In this document: positions 52,206 through 64,000 of the stretch, piece after piece
Layout of the letters: each line of letters starts with the position of its first letter
Numbering within the stretch: the stretch's first letter is position 1
Source: Eledone cirrhosa
Taxonomy: Eukaryota
DNA length: 64,000 nt
Direction: 5' to 3'
Assembly (NCBI GenBank): GCA_964016885.1
Contig: OZ024745.1
Location: 27,776,001-27,840,000 of the forward strand
Notes under the pieces: generated by a model
Databases searched by the model: none
Told to the model about the DNA's origin: nothing
Seen by the model: only the letters and a program-made list of their open reading frames with translations
Position numbers and translations under genes: made by a program

Positions 52206-52403
52206 CGAGGATTATCTGAAAAGTTCATAAGCTGGCCAAGGTTCTCTTATGGAATGACCAAATGATGCTTATTTTTCAACATAGTCCCTAGAAAGAAACA
52301 ATGCAGTTGTTTATAAGAAGAGTTGAAATTAATGCATGCAAGATTTCTCAACTCTTGCATCACTCCTTGATCGTCAGCCTATGAACTTTTCAACCGACCC
52401 TCG
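52206..52403 (+). mobile_element. Mariner-type MITE with TA TSD
   Basis: ta|cgagg...ctgaaaagttcataagctg ... cagcctatgaacttttcaaccgaccctcg|ta. Confidence 0.88.
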
Positions 52404-52513
52404 TAGTTTAGAGACCAACGGCTTGGAACTGTAACAGTGATAAAATGATCCAGCAACCTAACCTTTGCTTGGTCACCAAACCTGATAGAAATAGTGGGCA
52501 AATCTTCAATATA

Positions 52514-52711
52514 CGAGGGTCAGCTGAAAAGTTCATAGGCTGACTATGAAGGAGTGATTCTAGCGCTGTGAAATCTCGCATGCATTAATTTCAACTCTTT
52601 CTGTTAATAACTGCATTGTTTCTTTCCAGGGGCTATGTAGAAAAATAAACCTCATTCGGTCATTTCATTAGAGTATCTTAGTTAGTCTATGAACCTTTCA
52701 GCCGACCTTCG
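52514..52711 (-). mobile_element. Mariner-type MITE with TA TSD, inverted relative to its neighbour
   Basis: ta|cgagggtcagctgaaaagttcataggctgac ... gttagtctatgaacctttcagccgaccttcg|ta. Confidence 0.9.
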
Positions 52712-52920
52712 TATACCTTAAAATTTGTAGGATATATTCATAGCAATGGAATCCTGAATATTTAATCCAAGTGCTTGGAAGCCATAAAGAAGCTAAACGT
52801 CTTTGTTGTTGAATCTTTTTGTAGCCTCCGTGTACTTGAAGACCTTGTTTATGTTTGGTAGAACGTTGACAATATATTGTATCTCCAATCTAGGTAGTTT
52901 TTTTATCATCTTCAAGTTGT

Positions 52921-52966
<46 letters not shown>

Positions 52967-54149
52967 CTCTCTCTCTGACTGGTAATGCTTCTGTTATTGA
53001 ATCTTTTTGTAGTCCCCATGTACTTGAAGATCTTGTTGATAGTTGATAGATCTTTGACAATATAGTGTACCTCCAATCTTGGTTTTTTAATGATCAACTT
53101 CAATATGGCCGATGGAACTAAAAATCGTGTAAAAAAATCGATGATATTGTTTTACTAGGGAGTTATCCATAAGTTTGCCGTAAGTAAACATTCGATACTT
53201 GCAAAAATTGTTACTGATGGTGTTGTTACTTAATCTGGTTCAGCTGCTTTTTAAATATAACTACAGCTGTTTCTGTCTGGCATGTAAAGCATGTGCTTCG
53301 ATTGTAATCTATTCATATTGCGAGTCCTATGGTAATTATCTTTTAACTCATCGTTCAAGCATTAAAATAAATAATGCATTCGTATCGATTAATGGTCCAT
53401 GATAATTGTTTCCGGGTACTGCACAATAACTTAATCGATCCCCAAATCAATCTGTCTGCCAATAATACCATATCATGTATCACGTCATAAAATATGCTAT
53501 AGAATATATGGCATATCATATAATATATTATGTCATAGATTATTACATCATACTGTATTACAGCATATTAAACGAATAGATCAGATGTCAGAATGACTAG
53601 AGTAACCGACAGCCAGCCAAGTGTCAGAGTAACTGTCACCTGCCACCTGTCACCGATACTGCTTTGTGTTTGTTCGCCAAGATATTTAACGTTTACTCTT
53701 AAATGTACTGGATCACCTATCTTTGGTGAATGGGTCCCAATGTGTGCAAACATCTCTCCACTCCAAGCAACAACAATGCTGTTAAATGTTATGAGTTATT
53801 AGTTCCTTTACTGTTCTTATCTCAAACCCGCCTCTTGTTATACGTTTGGGGAGTGGTTGGCGTTTGCAAGTTTGATTTATTCAAAGTACACATCTTGAAG
53901 AAAACATATTTAATGGTGCTCCTACGAGTCGGATATCCAAGGAACTCGCTATACTTTACATAATAATGTAATGTTTACACCAGACTTTAAAAAAAATTAA
54001 AATAAGTACTGATCTATAGATTAGATTGAACATTGTAATATGGTTTATATTATATTGTCCTTGATATTACATGTATTGATTTTGAAGATAGCATTTATTA
54101 TTTTCAACAGCTGAATGTCGATGATACTCATCGGGAAATATATGATGTC

Positions 54150-54490
54150 GGTGGGTCCCGACTCGTCGTCCGTCCCTTACTCGGAAGCTGACTACCGAAA
54201 GGTTGTCACCTGAGTGTCTAGGGAGTCCCATCTACTTCTGTTGCGAATCTAAAGTAATCCTTCTTTTAGACAGACTGCCAACCAAGGCTAAACAGCTGTA
54301 TACCCGTTTTCCTTTTACATATTATTGGACGGCCGTTGACTCTGTGTTTTTCTGCCCTTTGACGGGTTTTGTTTTTCATCCCGTAGTGTGTCCAGAATTT
54401 ACCCCTATATAAGCAAGTCTGATGTGGTTGTCAGTTTAGTCGCTGGTTCTGGGTTACATGTTACCAAGAGGACTGGAGAGCCGCCTGACA
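54150..54490 (-). mobile_element. RTE-type 5'UTR fragment related to 14680-14840
   Basis: tgccctttgacgggttttgtttttcatcccgtagtgtgtccag aligns with tgccctttgacaggttttgtttttagtcctgcaggatgtccaa. Confidence 0.6.
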
Positions 54491-55759
54491 TTATATTGAA
54501 GTTATCATGTATTAACTATGATCTTTTGAAATCGATGCATGTTTTTCGTTTATAATCGAAAAGTATCAAATGACTGGCCCATATCAGTCTAGTTAAGTGA
54601 TTTACCAGGGATCTTTCTGTCGTCATTCTTAACTGGTTTACTGCAAAGAAAATGGTACATTTCTTTAGTTCATTATCTATTCCAGCACTATTGGTACATA
54701 TGTACTTACGCCTCCACGACATTTCAACCAAAAGGCGATTTCGAATTCTGTGAGAGATGGCTTTGATAAAGATAGAGATTAGAAAATATAGTAATCTTCC
54801 AGGCTTTGATTCTGAACTTGGGTTTTACGATTCTTCCACCTACAACTTTACGAGTTATTTCCTACAGATTACACGAGTGCAGACACGATCGACAAGCTGT
54901 AAAGTAAGCCACCAAGTTAGTCAGTTTAGATATAAGCTACCAAACGACGACTGATATTATAACATTTTTTTGTGAGAATGTTAATTACTTCTACAACAGT
55001 GTATGTGCTGCAGGATTCAGGATGTGATATTAAAGTTTGTGTAGACCGCACGCTATAAACGCATCAACACGGCGGATTATAAACAATATATAGCTACTGG
55101 AGCAAGTCTTTTTAGTTTGACACTAATGATTTTTCTACGGGCCAACGTAAACCACTGATATCTAGGTACGTTTTCAGTCGAAGTTGGTGGGATGGAGCTT
55201 GTTCATTTGTCATCAGTATGGCAAGAACATATAATCACTTCCGAAAAATCCCCACAAAAACAAAACGAATAGAATGGTTTTTCTTGTCATTGATATGATC
55301 ACTGGCATCATCATTATCATCAACATCTTCATTAGCACCACCGACACCGCTGGCCTCACCGTCTTCATCATCATCATCATCATCACCACCACATGCCCAA
55401 ACGCTCTCACTATCACCATCATCATCATTATAATCATTGCCACATACCTCACCACTCTCACTATCACGATCATCAGCACAGTTCTCAGCAGCACAATATC
55501 ATAATTAAAATTTTATTAGACCATCTAGGTGAAGCATAATTTATTCTGTTGTCAAATCTAAGAGCGATAATATGTAGAAATAGTAGCAACGTACTGACAC
55601 TGATTATGATTATCAAAAATATTGGTGAGGAAAAATATATCAGCTGGACGCTTTTCATACTAAATACAAACATGATGGGATCTCATGTGTGTTATGTAGT
55701 CAGATGGAAAATTATAATCATTTGAGATCACCCGTAAAAATATTAGATGTAATCTCACT

Positions 55760-55960
55760 ATCCAATCCAATCAATCAATCCAGTGCCCTCCCACTCCTGT
55801 TGAGGGAACCCCTCCCTGGTTGACCTCCAGCACGTTCTGTTTGGTTTTGGTCATGTCAGAGGTGTAGCCGTACTCACCACGTTTGGCCATTGCGGGTTGT
55901 TGGTGAGACTATTTAACCCATAGTTGACTCTGAGAACTTCATCCACCATTTTTAAAGCTC
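55760..55960 (-). mobile_element. Probable LINE (RTE-like) 3' end with (ATTG)n tail
   Basis: GC-richer segment ending in (caat)n; peptide NRTCWRS. Confidence 0.35.
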
Positions 55961-56011
55961 TTGTTTTGGGGGGCAGGGGAGGTTGTTGGGGTTCTTCTCA
56001 CCCCCCTCGCC

Positions 56012-56115
<104 letters not shown>

Positions 56116-56524
56116 TGTTTCTCTCTTTGATCTCTAAAATGAACATTATATACGGACCTGGACAAATTCAATCTATTATAATACCTCATCTACTCTCAAT
56201 GTTTGACCTTGTGCATGTATTATTGTCATTATCGTTTTATTCTGATTAAATTATTGATGTATTTACATTTCATATTGCTGAAACTACAGCGGTTTCTCTA
56301 CTACTACTGTTGTCAATGGTACTGCTGTCACTGCTACTATTGTCACAGCACCTGCTGCTCGCGTTGTTGTTGCTGAGGGCTGCTGCTCTTGTTGTTGTCG
56401 TTATTGTTAAGTTCCAGGTTATCAACGTTCGACGAACGGACCCATGATCAAAGATGTTGCTGAAGCCGTTAACATCCCAACTTTTATTCTGGTGTCTAGA
56501 ACTACATTGTAAAATATTCGCAGC

Positions 56525-56716
56525 TGGGCTAATTGCTTTACGGCATATAGCTACGACCCTTTGCGTTCTGAGTTCAAATCCTGCCGAGGTTAGCTTTGCT
56601 TTTCATCCTTACGCGGTCGATAGAATAAAGTACCTTTAACACACTAGCCTCGATCTAGTCGTCTTTTCCCTTCAGTTCATATTGCTGGCCTTGTACCAAA
56701 AGTAGAAACAATTATA
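56525..56716 (+). mobile_element. Diverged Nin/Deu SINE
   Basis: gagttcaaatcctgccgagg...tttcatccttacgcggtcgata...gtagaaacaattat. Confidence 0.85.
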
Positions 56717-57224
56717 TATAAATATATTGTATATGAGTGTAAATGTATCAAGTGCATGTCGGAGATTACCATGACGTCGAGTAGGTTGAGTGTCGAGTGC
56801 TTGCACGGCAGGATTGAAAATTAGTGCAGCAAAGATTGGGACACTCATCCTCTCATGGAAGCCTGCATTCTACTAAGGTTCCACTGAAACAGGAAGTTCA
56901 AGTTTCCTAGGGCCAGCAGTTGGTGAGACGTGGGGAGGAGATCGATTAAATCTACATCTTTAAGGGTCTTGTTTTATAGCACTCGATAAGGATGAACGGC
57001 ACAGTGGACATCGGCGAGACTTGAACTCAGAGCTCAGAGAGACAGACTAAATAGCTCAAAGCATTCTATCCTACGTTTGTGTTACGTGATTCATAAGAAG
57101 ATAACCTGATACTAATAAATCTCATATTATCCTCCCCTATAAGCTTCAACATGGTCTCATCTGCAGTCGTTGGCACCCTACATTTACTTCTTGCCAGTTT
57201 CTTTTACTTCTATTCTTAGGTCTC

Positions 57225-57281
<57 letters not shown>

Positions 57282-57372
57282 TGTATGTATGTACATATAT
57301 GTAAATGTATATATGTATATGTATGTATATGTATAAATATATATATATCTACATACATATTATATATATATA

Positions 57373-57433
<61 letters not shown>

Positions 57434-58294
57434 CACTTCCAGTTTCCGTTTCTGCGAAACAATTGTCATTCTTGGAGCAGCTAATAAATATTGTTCGGAT
57501 TTATGGAAAACTATTTAGAAGTTAGAAGTTGTTCAAAACTGGTAACTGTTGCGTTAGTTACATGTTATAAATCGATAGACAATGTAAATAGTGGATTCCT
57601 TAAGATGTTAGTAAGTAGTTCTGTAAAGAAGGCAAATAAGTAGTAGCGCAATTTGTGTTTGGAAAATGGCAATTACTGAAAATATAAAATACAGAATTAT
57701 TACTGAACAGTATAAATCACATTAATCATTGGTTTCAGAACGCTCTGGATAGTTTCGTAATGTTTTATAATAGCTATAGACATTTATAATATGTTGACAG
57801 GAATGGTTGTGTGCTAAAGGCGTTAGCTTTCGTACAGTATAATTTCAGGTTTAATCACACACACACTCCTCTGCCACCCACTGCACGGTACCTTGGGCAA
57901 TAACTTCGAGTAAATCTAAAACTTGTGAGTATAAATTTGGATGACGGAATCTACAGAAATCTCTTGGATTGACTTATAGCGCGAATGCTCTTATGGATAG
58001 AGAGGTCGTCGGTTCGTACCCTTTCTATGACATTGTGTTGTGTCATTGGGTACATCACTTAACTCTCAAAATAGACCAGTACATCTGGTAGCGAGTTTAA
58101 TAACATACGTAGGAAATAATTTCCAGTCGAAGGCAATGGTAAACAACCTTTGTAATTTACCTGGAAAATTTTATGAAAACTCACATAACTATCGGAAGTC
58201 AGATTTAACTTAAGAGGTCCATCAATATTCACAATAAGCTTCTAAAGTAGTTATGCACTATTTGCATCTATTTCATTTTTGTTAAGAAGTAGTG

Positions 58295-59020
58295 AAGCAG
58301 AATTCCATTATCAGACTGGAAAATATATCATATGAAATGGAGATCAGTCCAGAAAAGAGCAAAGTTTTGGTTAATAATCATAATCAGAATTCAGCAACCA
58401 GCATCTTGCTGAACGGAGGAAGACTTGAATATATGAACACCTTCAAGTTCCCAGTATCCACTCTAATGAAAGGCGGCAGATCTCAAAAGGAGATACTGAC
58501 AAGACTTGGCCAGGGCACTTCTGCCATGGTATTGCTGCATGCCATATGGAAAAGCAACTCTATCAGTTTTTCAACGAGGCTCAAATTGTACAGATCCTTG
58601 GTGGCTTCGATTGTATGGGTGTGAGAGTTGGACTCTCACAGCTGACATGGAGCAAAGAATCCAGTCGTTTGAGCACAAGTTCTTGAGAAGCAAACAACTT
58701 TGTCAGGCAGCAAGTTAACAAATATGCTGCCTGATAGGAACCACTTTTTGCCATGGTAAAAAGACGGAAGCTTGCCTGGTATGGTCATGTATCCCGCCAC
58801 ACACCTTGTATAAAACCACCCTTCAGGACACAGTCGAGGCAAGGCGAAGGAGAGGCAAAGAAAATCCTGGTCTGGCAACATCAAAGACAGGACAGGGTAC
58901 TGCACTCAGACCATTTTATGCATGTCGAAGAACAGAGACCAGTTGGGCGACTGACTACGAAATTGTCTGGAGTGACACCCCAATAGCTGGACTAGTTGTG
59001 GGAACGTGAATGGTTGATTG
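58295..59020 (+). mobile_element. 5'-truncated RTE (BovB-like) LINE
   Basis: MEISPEKSKVL, IWKSNSISFSTRLKLYRSLV, LYGCESWTLT, VKRRKLAWYGHVSRH, RRRRG across frameshifts. Confidence 0.88.
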
Positions 59021-59039
59021 ACATTGTCAATGGTAAGGT

Positions 59040-59370
59040 AACAAAAAAACCCTTCGGTCACGAATAATCATAACATTTGCACATGAAAATTTACCCTCAG
59101 TGTCACAAGCCTGAGGAATGTGTGAAAGAGTAGCAGTCTTCCATGCATGCCAATCTCTTCACTTAACGTCACCGATGTTGTCCAAGAGAAAGGCAATATA
59201 GCTTCGCACTAGTGATGTCGCAATTCATTTTTTCCAGCCAGGTGAACTGGAGCTACGTAAAATATAGTATTTTGCTCAAGGACACGATATTCAACTAAAT
59301 ATGGGAATCGAACTCACAACCTCATGATTGTTACCTCAATTCTCTCACTACTATGCCAAGCGCCTTCACA
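59040..59370 (-). mobile_element. Full-length diverged CORE-type SINE
   Basis: ttgctcaaggacac (CORE) and gggaatcgaactc (B box) are reverse complements of the 33068 family. Confidence 0.75.
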
Positions 59371-60951
59371 TATTATCGATAATCAAAGATATTTATGATA
59401 ATATACCACACGTGGCATTTGTAGTAAAACAATATTTAAGTTAATCTTAAATGTTCATTGTAGTTTGCAACAGTACACACGATACATTGCACTCTTTTAC
59501 ATTTCTGATTGCCAGTAAAATACGTGCCTGGCTGAAGAAAAAGAATGACACTTAATATACCACCTCGATAAGAGATAAAACGATAGATTATAAAGAAAAT
59601 CGTTTTGACGAAAATCATGCGGTTTACAACGACGGTTTAAAAACTGTTTCATTTAAAATAGATTTTTAGCGTCATTTATCTGCTAGCCATACTGGATATT
59701 TCTTCACATAGTACAGTTAATTTGTTATTATTTACATTTACTAACTGAACACTTCTCTGTACACAATAGTTTCTTACAACTTAAAGAAAACTCTATATAA
59801 AAGACAACAGCATGAGGATTAAGTATGCCTTCAAGTGAAGTTCAAATTTAAATTATAAATCATTTCAAGTATTCACATAATGCTGTCATTAGTAAATAAT
59901 CGAAGGCCTATACTATATTTATAGGAATACCTAGGTATTGTTACTTGCGCCGGTCTAAAAGAAAATCAACCTATGGCCAATGTTTCGGTATTCATCTTTA
60001 AACTGGCTGAAAATTATGACTACATTCAGTTGGCCATTTCTTATCAAAGAGTGTTGTCATGTGTCAAAGAATCTATTGAACTTTAGTTGATATAATTCTT
60101 TCGTTGATACCATTGCTAAATCATCATTAACTTCCAGTTCATTGAATGTACAAAACTATTATGCTACTTTTAGCACAGTACAAAACAGATTTAAATGTTT
60201 CCAGACCTACATTAGATCTCATTGCTTAATCTTATAAATATTTGCGATAAGTTGATACACCCACCATACGACAATATTTAGCAATCAGAATTGTTCGTCT
60301 CATGGATGAACTGCAGACCAAACCCAATAAGTAAAAGGTCAAGTTAGTATATTCTAACGTTATACTCGAAGGTTTGTTCTGTTTAGCTGTCAAATAAATA
60401 GAACAAGAGTGTTCAGTGCTTTGTTCTCGTCAAAGATTAACAAGAAGTTGACTGAAAGTTCGACAGCTTTGTCATTCGACATTGTGTTACTGTGAATTCA
60501 TGTTTAGCAGTTAAAATTAATGATGTTAGTGGTGAGAATTGTCGCTAAGAGATTGTTATTGAAGTTTATTTGGAATTAACCTCCTGTTCAGTATGATCGT
60601 CCAAGGACAACTAGTCAAATATTGCAAGTCTTGAGGTAATTAATTAAAAACGAAACTGACCTTAACAGGTTTCAATCTCAAACTTTCTAGGTTAGATTAA
60701 AAAATAAAAAAATAAATAAATTACACTGTATACAAATTATTGAACCTTCGAAGCTCTGAGAAGTTATGAACTTAGACGCAGAAAATAACTGTAAATGCAG
60801 TTGGCTGCTATAAATAACAGCTTAGAAATCGGGTAAAATACCCCTGACCCCTGGCCATCTATTATCCATCTATATGGGGATCTTATCTGATTTTCTAAGC
60901 TATTATTTCTAGCAACCAACTGTGTTTTCAGTTATTTTCTACTTTTTTTTA

Positions 60952-61137
60952 AAACCAACAGGCAGGAGAGCCAGGGGTAGACCCCGGGCAAGATGGTTGG
61001 ATAACATCCACGACATTGGCTGGTCTCGCTTGGGGATCCAGCACGATCAATTGGAGACGGTTGCTTCTGACAGGACCCCCAGGAAGGAGCGCTTGCGGGC
61101 TCTGATCCCACGAACATCTCAGGAAAAAGTGGACAAT
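60952..61137 (+). mobile_element. RTE 3' end fragment
   Basis: KPTGRRARGRPRARWLDNI...ASDR; homologous to 34691-34870. Confidence 0.85.
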
Positions 61138-61486
61138 CCTGGTATATATCAAGGGTAGCAAATGTATGAAAACTCATACAAACTGAGAAATTTATGTTTT
61201 AATAAATTAATCGCTTGCATCAATTTATGCTGATTACTATCACGTGAAATGGATTAAAGATAAAAGTGATATTTTAAGAATTATTTTCTAGGCTGATTAT
61301 ATAAACGTTGAGTATATATGTATAAGATTAATTGTATGAGCATTTTTGGAGAAATAACTATTTTCAGGGACAAATGTAGAGTTAGAAGATAGGATCACGT
61401 GATTGGAAAAGAAACTTATTGTAGCAACACAACTGGGAACGGAAATGTATTGTGTATTTGTGTACATATGCATGTTTGTGTGTGTG

Positions 61487-61558
<72 letters not shown>

Positions 61559-61580
61559 TTTCTCTCTCTCTCTCTCTCTA

Positions 61581-61615
<35 letters not shown>

Positions 61616-61618
61616 ATA

Positions 61619-61655
<37 letters not shown>

Positions 61656-61717
61656 TATATATTTTATCTGATGAAACGTACTTGATCACCATTGTATCTT
61701 TGAAATATGTATAATAA

Positions 61718-61725
<8 letters not shown>
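61656..61725 (+). ncRNA. Minimal hammerhead ribozyme motif between (TA)n tracts
   Basis: tatatattttat-CTGATGA-aacgtac...gtatcttt-GAAA-tatgta-TA-ataaaatatata. Helix I is a perfect 12 bp; helix II is weakened. Confidence 0.7.
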
Positions 61726-61748
<23 letters not shown>

Positions 61749-62118
61749 TAATACAATAACAGAGATAGTTTAAAGCTAATCTCTGACTGGTAACCATCTC
61801 ACTCAACAAACATTAGGTTATATTTTAATATAAACCCAATTTAAGTGTTTGGGGTGCTAACAATATGTATTATGTGGAAAAGCCAGTTGTATTATTTTAT
61901 GAGATATAATTAAAGTTAAAATATATCTCTCTTTCCAAACAATTGTTTCATTATAAGTTTTCTACAAATTCGGAGAATATTTCCAGTTTATGTAGAAGCC
62001 TAATATACATTCATGTAAGAATATATTTAGGTGGACACTTATAAATCATCAGTGGAAGCCCATTAAACTTTGATATAAGAAAAACATTTCTTACCACGGT
62101 TAAAAATCGTGTCCGTTA

Positions 62119-62751
62119 AGTTGCTCCTTCCCGCATCGAATGACCGGCAAATTTGAAATTTCAGCAGTTTTTGACTGAGGAAGTGTTATAGCGTCACTAA
62201 GCGGGAAGGGGAGACAACTACGATCCACGAAAGGAGGAAAAAAAATAATATACACGCGGGTTAATTAGTTTATTCGAAAACATTATCAATCCAACGTGTT
62301 AAGAACTCAATTGAAATTAAAAAAATAAATATATGCGTGTATAAATTACACACGCATATAGATATTTTCTTAGGCTAAAATCAGAGGTTGTACCTGAATA
62401 AGAAACCGCATCTCGTAACCGTAGTAAATACGGAAAGTTATGGTTTAAAGGGCAAATGGGAATGTAAATCTCCGGCCGAATTAAGAGTAAAATATAAAAC
62501 ACACGCGGGTTAATTAGTTATTTCAAAACTAATATCAATTCCTCGTGTAAAGAACTCAATTAATTTAAAAAAATAAATGTATGCATGTAATTATATACAT
62601 AGGCATATATATATTTTCTTAGGCTAAAAAACAGAGAAGTTACAACCAATAAAACCACAATATCGCACAACAGTAATAAATACGGAAAGTCAAATTTATA
62701 AGGTACCTGGAAATAAACACCCCTGGCCAATCAAGAGTAAAATATTAATAC
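62119..62751. repeat. GC-rich inverted repeat (62119-62134 / 62201-62219) followed by a 249-bp diverged tandem duplication
   Basis: agttgctccttcccgc / gcgggaaggggagacaact. Units begin acacgcgggttaattagtt at 62252 and 62501. Confidence 0.85.
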
Positions 62752-62777
62752 AATATATATATATATATATATATATA

Positions 62778-63462
62778 GTGAAAACTGGGACGGGAACAAA
62801 AACAGAGAGGCAGTACAAACAAAAGTTTATTAGTTTCACGCTATTGGGAGTGGGGGGGGGGGGCCTTTCGGGCATAAGCCCTTCTTCAGGAGAAAAGTGG
62901 GTGGGAAGAGAGTTCCGAGGGTGTGTGGGGGAGAGACATTTAGAAAAATAAGGGAGGAAAAACGGTGGAAGGGGTACAAATAAAAATAAAAATAGACATA
63001 AAGATAAACAAGTGGTGGAAGGGTGTGGGGCGTATAGGGGTGGTGGCGGGTGGTGTAGGGAAAGGGAGGGGGTCCGAGCGGGGAGGGCTGAAGGTGGTGT
63101 TTGTGTATGTGTGTAGGTGTACGTGTGTGTGTATGTGAATGTGAGAGTTGGGGGAGGAACGAGGTTCCATGTTCAGGAAAAGGTGCGTGTGTGGGGTGGG
63201 GTGCAGGTCGGTGTGTGCATGTGTGTGGATGGGGAGGTGCCAGAGGGTGGAGGAAGGGGTGTGAGGATTCCGGAGGCTGAGTGTGTATATGTGGGGGTAC
63301 GCACGTGTGTGTTGGTGTTTATACGTGGTGTGGATGTAGGTGGCGTGGTTCGAAAAAGAATTGTGAGTGTATGTCCGCGGGTAAGTTCCTAAGGTAGTTC
63401 CGTGGAGTGTGCGATGAGATGCTGGATATGTTTCATGTTATAAGTGGGTAGCTGGAACGATG
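62778..63462 (-). mobile_element. Penelope-like element fragment with hammerhead core (62866-62889)
   Basis: Minus strand CTGAAGAA-gggc(ttat)gccc-GAAA, then aataaa. C-rich upstream. Bounded by (TA)n on both sides. Confidence 0.55.
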
Positions 63463-63537
63463 ATATATATATATATTAAAACATATGGTGTATTATTATG
63501 GATGATTCTTCAGTTGATAGAAAGAGAATATCATCAC

Positions 63538-63539
<2 letters not shown>

Positions 63540-63582
<43 letters not shown>

Positions 63583-63760
63583 CAGCAGCAGTAGCATTAG
63601 TAGCAGCAGTAGCAGTAGTAGCAGCAGCCGCTGTAGTAGATGTAGTAGTAGTAGTAGTAGTAGTAGTAACAGTAGTAGCAGTAGTAGCAGTAGCCGCTGT
63701 AGTAGTAGTAGTAGTAACAGTAGTAGCAGTAGTAGCAGTAGCCGCTGTAGTAGTAGTAGT
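63540..63760. repeat. (TAG/CAG)n tract
   Basis: Directly visible. Confidence 0.95.
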
Positions 63761-64000
63761 TGATTGATATAAGAAGTATTGCAGTTTAATCGTTCTAAGC
63801 TCGAATCTTATCGAAGGTCAACTTCGCCTCTCGTTTTCTCAGGAGCAATAGAATTAATACCAGTCAAATAACGGGAGTCAATTAAATCAATTGCATGGAT
63901 TATGACGAAAATGCCACCCTGCTCCCGCCGCTTGGGGTGTAATTTATGAAAATTTGGCTGCTATCTTTAGCAAGTCGATCTACGTTGGTTCGTTGTTTTT

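Noticed and set aside
59950-60800. Non-repetitive stretch that might be exon or transposase
   Set aside because: No ORF over 60 aa and no recognisable motif

Overview
AT-rich, microsatellite-dense animal genomic DNA. The SINE and LINE repertoire resembles what I recall from Octopus/coleoid cephalopods (inference, not verified). I find no intact protein-coding gene: the long ORFs in the track are translations of repeats, so this is intergenic or intronic sequence. Contents: about 20 copies of a tRNA-headed Nin/Deu-domain SINE (several with target-site duplications, TSDs), CORE-type SINEs, decayed LINE fragments (L1/Tx1-like, RTE, CRE-like, CR1/Jockey-like), four mariner-type MITEs, an 8.1 kb 30-bp satellite (22530-30640) and a GAT/GGT-derived minisatellite (45.3-47.6 kb). 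The most interesting signal is non-coding. At least seven minimal type-I hammerhead ribozyme motifs sit in short islands inside (TA)n tracts. One looks intact (31519-31574), and four cluster in 31.5-33.0 kb with two large inverted repeats, consistent with Penelope-like or retrozyme-like elements. Also notable: a palindrome-headed ~70-bp structured repeat array (6398-6675), a bipartite non-autonomous RTE derivative with an intact C2H2 finger, a 249-bp duplication with block-wise conservation, and a possible MAK16 C-terminal fragment. All calls are by eye; no searches or folding were run.
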